Assembly: GCA_049320885.1 (NCBI GenBank)
Contig: JBMORA010000049.1
Coordinates: forward strand, 1-64,000
From: Thermodesulfobacteriota bacterium
GTDB taxonomy: Bacteria; Desulfobacterota; Desulfobacteria; Desulfobacterales; SURF-7
Length of the DNA stretch: 64,000 nt
Reading direction: 5' to 3'
Positions 55,572-64,000 of the stretch are shown piece after piece. The number at the start of each line of letters is the position of its first letter. The first letter of the stretch is position 1. The notes beneath the pieces are model-generated. The model saw nothing but the letters and a program-made list of their open reading frames with translations, did no database searches and was not told where the DNA came from. Made by a program: the position numbers and the translations under genes.

Positions 55572-55930
55572 GTCCTGGTTCCTTTTTGTTCTTTTCCCGG
55601 CGGCTGCCGGGAGACTCTTACCCTCTATATAACAGCTGGTATTCTTTGGCAATGGGTATCAGGAATAGCGGCAAACAATCTACTCGGGAAAGCTGGAAAA
55701 TCAAGGCCGGTAAATGGTCTCTCGCAAAGGCGCGAAAGACGCGAAGGAAAAAGACATGGAACGCCCCAGGCCAATCCCGGGAGCGGTCCATTGTGGATAT
55801 TTTCAAACATTTTATGGACGACTATAGTATAAAGCAAATAAGGCTGCAACTGCATCGCCTGCGTCAACAAACGAAAGCGAATCCTTGCAGGCGATACGCG
55901 GGAATGGAAGCACCGGCTCTAGTACCCACT

Positions 55931-57742
55931 TCAGTCGTGCGCTTCCAGGCTTTGGAACTGGATTTTCTTGCGGCGGTCGTACACATAGGCGCTGCCGGGG
56001 ATGGTTTTGGCATATTGCTTCATGGTGGCGGCCCGTTCCGGCAGATCCGTGATTTCCGACCGGTCACGGCAATCCACGATGGCCAGGGAAACCGAGACCA
56101 GCGGAATTTCGCAGATGGTTTCATCCCGGTTTTTCCCGGTGACATGGCCCTTCCCCAGGGTCTCTTCGTCGTAACAGTTGCTCAGCAGGCGCGGAAATGA
56201 ATCGATGACCAACTGGCAGATGCCGATGGCCCTTTCCGGTTTGGTGATGATGACGAAATCGTCTCCGCCGATATGCCCCAGGAAGTCGTCCGCCTTGCCC
56301 TTGCGTTTGACGGACCAGGAGAGGATCTGGGAAAGCTGCAGCAGCATCCGGTCGCCTTTTTCAAAACCATAGGAATCATTATAGGCCTTGAAGTGGTCGA
56401 GATCCACATATATGAGGCTGATGGGGCAACCCACCCGGTAGCAATCATCCAGGGCCTGACGGATGGCCAGGTTGCCGGGGATTCCGGTGAGGGGATTGGC
56501 GTCCCGGGCTTCCTCCACCTGATAGTGAAGGAAGACATCCTGGAGCTGATGGAGATCGACGATACCGACGGGTTTCCGGTCGTCGACGACAATCAGGTGA
56601 TTTCGGTGAGTCCCGGTTTCCGCGCGGGTCGCCAGCTTGAGGGCCTCGACCGTCTGAAGGCCGCTTTCCAGCGCCAGAACATCCGTTTCCATGAAGGGAC
56701 CGAGGTCCACCGCGGTCGTTTCCGGTTTGCCGATCTGGGTGCATAGAACACGGTAGTACTGTTCGCTGGTGATGAGCCCCAGGGTTCCATCCGTTTCGTA
56801 TACGATGGCGGGGGTGCCGGATCCCCCGGCCCCTTGAAGGAGGTCGGACAATTCCGCCAGCGTGACGTTCCGGCTGACGAGCGGGGCCGGAACCGCGTGC
56901 TGTCCAATCGGCAGGCGGCATCGCATCAGTTGCCGCTGTTTTTTGGCCCCGGATGCCTGGATGCGGATGGGCGTGAATTGGAAGCCGGTCTGTTTTTTCG
57001 GAAAAGCGGGTCTGGAAAAATAATATCCCTGTCCGCACTGAACGCCCATTTCAATCAGATGTTCCGTTTCCGGCAGACTTTCCAGCCGTTCGGCGATAAT
57101 CGTGATATTGGTTTGCCCGGCAAAGCCCACCAAGGATTCCAGCAGGTGTTTTTTAACGATATCCAAATGAATGTTGAAATAAAACTGCCGGTCGATTTTC
57201 AGATAGTCCGGCCGGATATCCGCGATCCAGCGGATGTCCGATTGTCCGGCGCCCACATCGTCCAAGGAGAACTGGAACCCCTTGTTGCGCAACCGGTCTA
57301 TTCTTTTCTGCAGTTTGACGTCATTGAGAAAGCGGTTGCGGCAACTGATCTCAAACACCGCCTGGTATGGCTTGATGCCGTTTTCCTGCAAAAACCGGAT
57401 GATTTTTTGTGACTGAAACGGTTCGCAGCCGAGACTTTGGGGCTGAATGTTCAGAAAAATTTTTTGCCGTGACGTCATGCGTCCCAGACTGAGGATGGCG
57501 GTCTCCAAACACCGTAAGTCAATGGCGGGGCTGAAAGGCGCCAGTTCCCGGTCAACAGTGATGTCATATAAAAACCGGAAGCTGGTGTCGTTGTTGATCC
57601 GCGTGAGGGCTTCCCAGCCGATGATCTCCCCGGATGACAGCAGGACGATCGGCTGGTAGATGGTCTTGAAGTCCTTCAGCTGGAACCTTTCGGACGTTTT
57701 GTCAAAGTGCCATGGGGATTTCAGTTTGTTTATCTTGTTCAT
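55931..57742 (-). CDS. EAL - CBS-like - GGDEF c-di-GMP metabolising protein
   Basis: YQPIV, WEALTR, LDDVGAG, YLKID, GQGYYFSRP; DANPLTGIPGN, DLDHFKAYND.YG, GGDDF; GGAG RBS before ATG 57742 (start uncertain). Confidence 0.88.
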   Translation of the reverse strand: MNKINKLKSPWHFDKTSERFQLKDFKTIYQPIVLLSSGEIIGWEALTRINNDTSFRFLYDITVDRELAPFSPAIDLRCLETAILSLGRMTSRQKIFLNIQPQSLGCEPFQSQKIIRFLQENGIKPYQAVFEISCRNRFLNDVKLQKRIDRLRNKGFQFSLDDVGAGQSDIRWIADIRPDYLKIDRQFYFNIHLDIVKKHLLESLVGFAGQTNITIIAERLESLPETEHLIEMGVQCGQGYYFSRPAFPKKQTGFQFTPIRIQASGAKKQRQLMRCRLPIGQHAVPAPLVSRNVTLAELSDLLQGAGGSGTPAIVYETDGTLGLITSEQYYRVLCTQIGKPETTAVDLGPFMETDVLALESGLQTVEALKLATRAETGTHRNHLIVVDDRKPVGIVDLHQLQDVFLHYQVEEARDANPLTGIPGNLAIRQALDDCYRVGCPISLIYVDLDHFKAYNDSYGFEKGDRMLLQLSQILSWSVKRKGKADDFLGHIGGDDFVIITKPERAIGICQLVIDSFPRLLSNCYDEETLGKGHVTGKNRDETICEIPLVSVSLAIVDCRDRSEITDLPERAATMKQYAKTIPGSAYVYDRRKKIQFQSLEAHD

Positions 57743-57992
57743 ATTCTCCGTTACATGCCCTGCCGGAGCTTGCCCGTGTGCAAGCGGGCGAGGGCTTCCG
57801 GATGTCCGTTGGTCCAGTCGCTTCGAGTCGGCAAGACTTCTTCCCCTTATTTCGGGTCGGCGACAAGCGCCGGCACCCGGAGTCGGGCCTGTCCATGCAG
57901 GCCTTTCGGCGCGAGCCCGGAAACGATGGCTTGCCTCTTTTCCTTGCACATGACGGCAGCCGTCTTTCCCACGCGTCTTTACCGCTTGGATG

Positions 57993-58008
57993 ATCAAGAA
58001 GCATGCCA
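57993..58008 (-). promoter_or_regulatory. sigma-54 promoter candidate
   Basis: Minus strand TGGCAT-GCTTC-TTGAT upstream of the EAL-GGDEF gene. Confidence 0.6.
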
Positions 58009-58102
58009 AGCCGTCCGTATGGCAATGATCGCATTACGAACTGAAATGTATGGGGAATTCAGTGAGAATTGGTTCCCGTCCCGCCGGTCTCGTGGCCGGG
58101 GT

Positions 58103-58183
58103 TATGCAAAATTGCAATACGATTGTAGGGAGAAAGGATATCATCTCATGAATACAGCGGGCTACCGTATATGCAAAATTGCA
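58103..58183. promoter_or_regulatory. paired enhancer-like sites (UAS)
   Basis: Exact 14-mer TATGCAAAATTGCA at 58103-58116 and 58170-58183, upstream of the sigma-54 motif. Confidence 0.65.
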
Positions 58184-58242
58184 TGGATTATGCATTTCAT
58201 CATAATGGGGCCGTTGGTTGGATCGGGTGTCGGCAGGACGCC

Positions 58243-59679
58243 TTATTTTTTTAAACGCCTGCTGAGGGCGGATTGGGAGATGCCGAGCATTTCCGCCGCC
58301 ATGGTCTGATTGTTGCCGGTCCTTTTAAGCGCTTCCCGGATGAGCCAGCGGGACGCTTGCTTCAGTGTCGGCAGGGCCTCGGGAAATAAACGCGCCAGCG
58401 CGTCGTTGAGCCCGGCCGGATCGATTGTCGTCAGGGGCTGCCGGTCCTGTCGGGAAGGCATGGGGTTGACGGCGATCGGTCCGGATGGATTGCGGCTGAC
58501 CGTGTCGAAGACAATGGATCGCAATTCACGGATATTTCCAGGAAAATTGTATTTTTCAAGCGGCGCCAGCCAATCGCCGGGTAAAACCGGCTTGCGGATC
58601 TGCTGCCGTCTCGCAGCCTCTTCCATAAAATGGTCGGCCAGCAGCGGCAGGTCTTCCATCCGCTCGCGTAAAGGCGGGACATGGATATGATGGGTCCGCA
58701 ACCGATAGTTCAGATCCTCGCGAAACCGTCCCTCCCGCTGGAGACGCCATAAATCCTGGTTGGTGGCGGTGATGGTGCGTGCATCCGTGCGGTGGACCGT
58801 CTCGCCGCCGAGGGGGAAAAATTCCCCCTCCTGGATCAGCCGCAGGAGCTTGATCTGGGAGTCCCAGTCCAGATCACCGATTTCATCAAAAAAAATCGTG
58901 CCGGCGCGGGCGCTGTGAATCAGTCCTTTTTTGTCCCTGTCCGCTCCGGTGTAAGCGCCTTTTGCATGACCGAACAGCATGTCGGAAAACATCTGGCGAT
59001 CCAAGCCGGCGGCGTTCACGGTGACGATTTCACCTTTACGCCCGCTCAACTGGTGGATGACATGGGCGATCAACTCTTTGCCCACTCCGGTTTCACCGGT
59101 AATCAATACCGGCCAGGGGGATGGGGCGATGGATTCGATGTCGGCGAAAATCTCCATCATTTTCTGGCTTTGCGTTATGATCTTGGCGAAGGCTTGGGGA
59201 TGTTTGAGATCCTCCTTGTTCCGGCGGAGTGCAACGTTTTCTTTCTGCAATTTCAGGATCGTCAGCACACGGTTGATGGCGGAAATCAAAATCTCTCTTT
59301 CAACCGGTTTGGCGACATAATCGAAGGCGCCTTTTTTCATGCAATCGACAATGGTGCGGGTGTCCCGGAGAGCGGTGACGACAATCACATGGATTCCGGG
59401 AAAGCGAGCTTTTATTTCCGGCAACAAATCCTCGCCCTGGATATGGGGCATTTTCAGGTCGAGCAGCATAACGGCAAAGGGTTGCTCCGCGCAGATGTTC
59501 AGTACTTTCCGGCTGTCATCGCAGGTAACGACGGAGGGGAATCCCGCTTTTTTCAAGATGCGCTCAATAAGGCTCAAATTGGTGTGATTGTCATCCACCA
59601 CCAGAATCGGGTAAACTTCCTTCGGCTGGTTTTCCTTCAGTTTGTCGAACTCGGAGAGGGGTGCGTATTGTGTTTTCAT
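58243..59679 (-). CDS. NtrC-family sigma-54-dependent response regulator (REC-AAA+-HTH)
   Basis: VVDD, LLDLKMP, GETGVGKE, GAYTGA, FFDEIG, FPGNIREL, Fis-type HTH. Confidence 0.93.
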   Translation of the reverse strand: MKTQYAPLSEFDKLKENQPKEVYPILVVDDNHTNLSLIERILKKAGFPSVVTCDDSRKVLNICAEQPFAVMLLDLKMPHIQGEDLLPEIKARFPGIHVIVVTALRDTRTIVDCMKKGAFDYVAKPVEREILISAINRVLTILKLQKENVALRRNKEDLKHPQAFAKIITQSQKMMEIFADIESIAPSPWPVLITGETGVGKELIAHVIHQLSGRKGEIVTVNAAGLDRQMFSDMLFGHAKGAYTGADRDKKGLIHSARAGTIFFDEIGDLDWDSQIKLLRLIQEGEFFPLGGETVHRTDARTITATNQDLWRLQREGRFREDLNYRLRTHHIHVPPLRERMEDLPLLADHFMEEAARRQQIRKPVLPGDWLAPLEKYNFPGNIRELRSIVFDTVSRNPSGPIAVNPMPSRQDRQPLTTIDPAGLNDALARLFPEALPTLKQASRWLIREALKRTGNNQTMAAEMLGISQSALSRRLKK

Positions 59680-59732
59680 GTGCCATCGGATTCCGGATGT
59701 GGTTGCAGCCTGTTTCATCGCCAGTTGGTTTT

Positions 59733-59748
59733 TACAAATAACATACCA
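59733..59748 (-). promoter_or_regulatory. sigma-54 promoter candidate for the NtrC-type gene
   Basis: Minus strand TGGTAT-GTTAT-TTGTA, about 55 nt upstream of ATG 59679. Confidence 0.5.
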
Positions 59749-59989
59749 TTTTCGTTCCATAAACAAAAGTTCGAAATTCGACAGGCAACGGGAATACCCG
59801 GAGACCGTGGCGCGGGGCAGCCGGTTTTTGCATTGTAATCGCCATGGAGATGCGGTATACATATTCCATTATTCGAACCTCTTATTCAATACTCCAAGCC
59901 TCATGTGAAACCCGCTGACCTGTCCGTCCCGCTGAACGACCAGGGGGAGCGAACAGACGGGTCGACAGACAAAGCAGCGCCGCACCATT

Positions 59990-62900
59990 ATGATAAAACA
60001 ACCCGTGATAAAATTGAAATGGCTGTTGCTCATCGGCGTAATCGCGGTTTTGTACGCGGCAGGTCACTACATGCTGCAATATAACGTGATTCTGCCGAGT
60101 TTCGCCGCCCTGGAGAAAGAGGAGGCTCGCAAGGATCTGCAACGATGTCTGGACGCGGTTCAACGGGAGGCCCATCATCTCAGTCGTCTGGCCAGCGACT
60201 GGGCCATGTGGGACGACACCTATCGCTTTGTCCAGGATCGGAATCCGGAGTACATCGAATCCAATCTCGAATGGGAAACCCTGGAGAAGGCCAGCGGGAT
60301 CAATCTGATTTTTATCTGCGGGCCTTCCGGTGACATCATCTGGGGAGAAATTCATGATTCGGAAATGGGTGGCGAAGTTCGGCTGGACGAATTTTCGGAA
60401 AACCTTACTTCCCATCTGCCGTATCTTTTTCAGTTCGACGCCATACAATCGGAACATACGGGGATACTGCCCACTGCAAAAGGCCCCATGCTGCTCAATT
60501 CCCGGCAGATTTTGACCAGTGACGGATCGGGACCGTCCAGGGGGGTGTTTATCATGGGCCGCTTCCTGCACGCGAGGACCTTCCAGACACTTGCGGAGCA
60601 AACCCGCGTGGCCTTCCAGGTCACGGACCTGACATTGGAAAAAATCGATGCCGCGGAATCGGACATTGTCCAAAGATTGGCCACTGAGACCGAAGTGATC
60701 CGCGAGGAAAACGCCAAGACCCTGTTCGTTTACGGTGCGTTGAAAAGCATCACCGGAAACAATGCACTCCTGTTGAAAGCCCGGGTGCCGCGTCATATCA
60801 TGGCCCGGGGACGGTCCGTCGGTTATCTGGCATCGATCTCCCTGCTGATTACCTTGTCGAGCATCGGAGCACTGCTGGCCCTGATGTTCGGGACCTATGT
60901 ATTCGGCGTCCGCCGGAAAACCGCCCTGATCGAGGCCTTGATTCATGAAAGGACGGCTGAGCTGAATACCGCCAAGGAAGCGGCGGAAGAAGCCCGGAAA
61001 ATCGCCGAGAAGGCCAACCGGTCCAAGAGCGATTTCCTGGCCAACATGAGCCACGAGGTCCGGACACCGCTGAACGGCATCATCGGCATGGCGGAGGCCG
61101 CCGAAAGCCTCGCGGCGGAACCGAAACTCCGGCAAATGATTGCCGTCATCCTGTCGGCAGCCGGTTCCCTGCTGAAAATCCTGAACGACATCCTGGATTT
61201 TTCCAAAATCGAATCCAACAAGGTGGAACTGGAAAACATTCCCTTTGATTTGCGCGTGATGATGGATGATGTGGGACGCACCATGGGGGATCAGGCCCGG
61301 CGGAAGGGACTGATCTTTGAAACGGAACTGGCGGCCGATGTCCCCGTGCGTCTCATGGGCGATCCGGGGCGGCTGCGGCAGGTGATGATCAACCTGATCT
61401 CCAATGCCGTGAAATTCACCCATACGGGTGGGGTCTGGGTCCGCGTGGAATTGCTGTCGGAGCAGGCCAACTGGTTTCAGCTGCGGTTTTCCGTAACGGA
61501 TTCGGGCATCGGCATCCCGAAGCACCAGCAGGAAGATATTTTCGAACGGTTCACCCAGGCCGACGAATCCACCACCCGGAAATACGGCGGAACCGGTCTG
61601 GGCACGGCCATCTGCCGCCAGATTGTCCGGTTGATGGGCGGGGATATCCAGGTGGAGAGCGAGGAGGGCAAGGGCAGCGTATTCGGCTTTACGATTTCCC
61701 TTTCCGGCGCGCCGGTTGAAACCGTTGCGCCGAAGCCCGTTTCCGCGAAAATCGAATCCTTCCGGATCCTGGTCGTTGGCGGCCGGGACGCCGGCGGAGA
61801 GGGACCGGCGGAGCAGCTCCAGTCCCTGGGGCATCATCCGGTTTGCGCCGCCGATACCCAGGCAGCCTTGGCTGTCCTGAACAATCCGGCGGAAGGGGCC
61901 ATCGATCTGATCGTGACGGAATACCAGTTGGGGGATCATGGCGGGTTCGAACTGGCCGCCCACATCCGTTCCTCGCGGGAATGGAACGGAATTCCCATCA
62001 TGATGCTGACGTCCGCCGGAAAGATCGGCGACGGAAAGGCCTGCAAGGAAACCGGCATCCAATGTTATCTGACCAGGCCGTTCCGGTTGGATGAAATGGA
62101 CAGGGCCGTCCGGATGCTGATGGACAAGCGGCATTCGTCCGGCGACTGTCTGGACATGGAATTGATTACCCGTTTCACCATCGCCGAGGCCACCCGGCCC
62201 ACCGTCCGGATCCTGCTGGCGGAAGACTATCCGGCCAATCAACAGGTGGCCCGGATGCACTTGGAATCAGCCGGTTTCCAAGTGGATGTGGTGGAGAACG
62301 GGCAACTGGCCGTTGAATTCTGGCAACGAATGCCGTATGATCTCATCCTGATGGATGTTCAGATGCCGGTTCTGGACGGTTTCGGAGCCACCCGGGCCAT
62401 CCGGGAGTTGGAAGCCGACGCAGGGAGGAAGACAACGCCCCACCCAGATCCCGAGACGGGAAAAAAGGCAATCCCCATCATCGCCATGACCGCTCACGCC
62501 ATGATAGGCTATGACCGCAAATGCCTGGAAAACGGCATGGACGATTATATTCCCAAACCGTTCAGGCGCGCGGAATTGCTGGCCATGGTGAACAAATGGC
62601 TTCGCTCCGGCTGCGCGGGTCAACAAACCGGAGCGTCGCCTTCCGGAGACGGTTCTGAAAAATCGTCGGAAGCGGTTGCAACCGCACCGCTGGATTTTGC
62701 GCGCGCCCTGGAGGAGTTCATGGGCAAGCGGGAGCTGCTGCTGCAGACCTTGCGGGGATTCCTGGTAACTGCCGGGGAGCAGGTGGAAGTCATCCGCCGG
62801 GCACTCCATGCAGGATCGGCCGAAACCATCCGGCAGGAAGCCCATAAAATCAAGGGCGGGAGCGCGAATCTGTGCGCGGAAATCCTGTCCGTGATGGCCC

Positions 62901-63016
62901 GGGATCTCGAAAAGGCAGCCGGTGCGAACGAACTCGAAATCGTTCCGGAAATCATCACGCGGATGGAAAACGAGCTGAAGAGAATCGAGGAATATCTAAA
63001 TAAAAGGACAGGTTGA
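59990..63016 (+). CDS. hybrid sensor kinase CHASE4-HisKA-HATPase-REC-REC-HPt
   Basis: DWAMWDDTYRF (CHASE4), MSHEVRTPLNG, NAVKFT, GGTGLG, LMDVQMP, AHKIKGGS (HPt). Confidence 0.93.
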   Translation: MIKQPVIKLKWLLLIGVIAVLYAAGHYMLQYNVILPSFAALEKEEARKDLQRCLDAVQREAHHLSRLASDWAMWDDTYRFVQDRNPEYIESNLEWETLEKASGINLIFICGPSGDIIWGEIHDSEMGGEVRLDEFSENLTSHLPYLFQFDAIQSEHTGILPTAKGPMLLNSRQILTSDGSGPSRGVFIMGRFLHARTFQTLAEQTRVAFQVTDLTLEKIDAAESDIVQRLATETEVIREENAKTLFVYGALKSITGNNALLLKARVPRHIMARGRSVGYLASISLLITLSSIGALLALMFGTYVFGVRRKTALIEALIHERTAELNTAKEAAEEARKIAEKANRSKSDFLANMSHEVRTPLNGIIGMAEAAESLAAEPKLRQMIAVILSAAGSLLKILNDILDFSKIESNKVELENIPFDLRVMMDDVGRTMGDQARRKGLIFETELAADVPVRLMGDPGRLRQVMINLISNAVKFTHTGGVWVRVELLSEQANWFQLRFSVTDSGIGIPKHQQEDIFERFTQADESTTRKYGGTGLGTAICRQIVRLMGGDIQVESEEGKGSVFGFTISLSGAPVETVAPKPVSAKIESFRILVVGGRDAGGEGPAEQLQSLGHHPVCAADTQAALAVLNNPAEGAIDLIVTEYQLGDHGGFELAAHIRSSREWNGIPIMMLTSAGKIGDGKACKETGIQCYLTRPFRLDEMDRAVRMLMDKRHSSGDCLDMELITRFTIAEATRPTVRILLAEDYPANQQVARMHLESAGFQVDVVENGQLAVEFWQRMPYDLILMDVQMPVLDGFGATRAIRELEADAGRKTTPHPDPETGKKAIPIIAMTAHAMIGYDRKCLENGMDDYIPKPFRRAELLAMVNKWLRSGCAGQQTGASPSGDGSEKSSEAVATAPLDFARALEEFMGKRELLLQTLRGFLVTAGEQVEVIRRALHAGSAETIRQEAHKIKGGSANLCAEILSVMARDLEKAAGANELEIVPEIITRMENELKRIEEYLNKRTG

Positions 63017-63414
63017 TGAAAAAAATCAAGATTCTTTGTGTTGATGACGACCTGGTCAGCCGCAACAAGATGCAGGCGATTCTGGAAGTCAAGGGGGATT
63101 GCGTTCAGGCCGCCACCGGACAGGAGGCCATGGCCCATATCGAAAAATCCCTACGGGAAAAAGAGCGCTTTGATTTGATCACCCTGGACATCGGTTTGCC
63201 GGATCATGACGGTATCGAGGTCTTGCAGCGAATCCGTAAAATGGAAAAGGGCAGCGGCCTCAAGGACCAGGAACGCGCCAAGATCATCATGGTGACCTCC
63301 CACGCGGACAAGGAACGGGTGCTGAGCTGCCTCAAGGCCGGTTGCAACGAATATATCGTCAAGCCCTTCGATATCACCACTCTAGTGGGAAAAATGGAAA
63401 AAATCGGTTTCTGA
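63016..63414 (+). CDS. CheY-like single-domain response regulator
   Basis: CVDDD, ITLDIGLP, MVTS, YIVKPF. Confidence 0.9.
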   Translation: MKKIKILCVDDDLVSRNKMQAILEVKGDCVQAATGQEAMAHIEKSLREKERFDLITLDIGLPDHDGIEVLQRIRKMEKGSGLKDQERAKIIMVTSHADKERVLSCLKAGCNEYIVKPFDITTLVGKMEKIGF

Positions 63415-63416
63415 GC

Positions 63417-64000
63417 CTAGGAGTAGTCCTCCAGCCGGCAAACCGCGTCACCGCCTTCCTCAAAATATTGGCGCAGGAAGCGTTCCTGGGGCTTTTCACT
63501 GATGGTTTTGGGAATCTCCTTCAGGAACAGCAGATAACTGGGCACGCTGTTGGCTTCCAGACCTTTTCGGGCGCAGGCGAACAAGGCGGCGGGATCCGGT
63601 TTCCGGCCGTCGAAGAGCACCACTCCCGCCACCAGATCGGATTCCCCCGGCGCGCCGCTCTTGGCCGGAATACCGAAAACCGACACCTCACTGACATCCG
63701 GATGCTCGCCCAGGACTTTCTCCACCGTGTCGGGTTGAATGAAATCCCCCGACCGCCGCAGTCCCCCGCCCTTGCGATAGTCGAAGAAATACCAGCCGTT
63801 TTCGTCAATATGAGCGATGTCACCGGTCCGGTTCCAGCCGCCGAGGGTTTTCTTTTGACTGGCGTCCGGATTGTCGAAGTAGTTGACGAAGGCGTTCACA
63901 CCCCTGGGTTTGGCGATGATTTCTCCCGGTACATTGGGAGGGCAGGGAACGTCCTGCTCGTTCACGACCCGCATCTCGAAAATACCGATGGGTTTCCCGA
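63417..64000 (-). CDS. AMP-dependent acyl-CoA ligase (CaiC-like), 3' part only
   Basis: PGEI, RTGDIAH, RRSGDFI, HPDV, IPKTISEKPQ; open to the window end. Confidence 0.8.
   Translation of the reverse strand, partial: GKPIGIFEMRVVNEQDVPCPPNVPGEIIAKPRGVNAFVNYFDNPDASQKKTLGGWNRTGDIAHIDENGWYFFDYRKGGGLRRSGDFIQPDTVEKVLGEHPDVSEVSVFGIPAKSGAPGESDLVAGVVLFDGRKPDPAALFACARKGLEANSVPSYLLFLKEIPKTISEKPQERFLRQYFEEGGDAVCRLEDYS

Noticed and set aside
57743..57990. Possible c-di-GMP riboswitch in the EAL-GGDEF leader
   Set aside because: It contains GGCAA and GAAA elements but not the GEMM-I arrangement that I could recognise. An Rfam/Infernal scan would be needed.
1..64000. tRNA, rRNA, CRISPR array, prophage, transposase or integrase
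   Set aside because: None recognised by eye. Nearly all sequence is accounted for by protein-coding genes and short spacers.

Overview
A 64 kb, GC-rich, gene-dense bacterial chromosomal segment. Gene content (sigma-54 regulators, tupABC, acyl-CoA metabolism, DUF342/DUF362 proteins, TRAP DctP) suggests an anaerobic Desulfobacterota/deltaproteobacterium; this is inference. About 50 CDS are supported. I found no rRNA, tRNA, CRISPR array, integrase or transposase. Family assignments come from motif recognition, not database searches. Main blocks: (1) pseudo-receiver/MshEN-like/DUF342 gene; (2) a minus-strand tungstate/molybdate locus of OprO/P-type porin, secreted diheme protein with a sulfite-oxidase-like domain and Cys-containing tail, Xis-type HTH+PBP regulator and tupABC, with matching triple 10-bp direct repeats upstream of two of its genes (best candidate for an undescribed system); (3) Trx-TrxR fusion and two-component system plus DegQ; (4) acyl-CoA carboxylase and dehydrogenase; (5) Ser/Thr kinase-PEGA-FGE, PP2C, ChaN-like and asparaginase-like genes; (6) an 8-gene type II fatty-acid synthase cluster with its own ACP, PPTase and acyltransferase behind a sigma-54 promoter; (7) a short AT-richer patch of decayed genes with an attC-like remnant; (8) alkyl sulfatase, DEAD helicase, moaE and heptose genes; (9) a CHASE4 kinase / NtrC-type activator / sigma-54-driven EAL-GGDEF signalling module.
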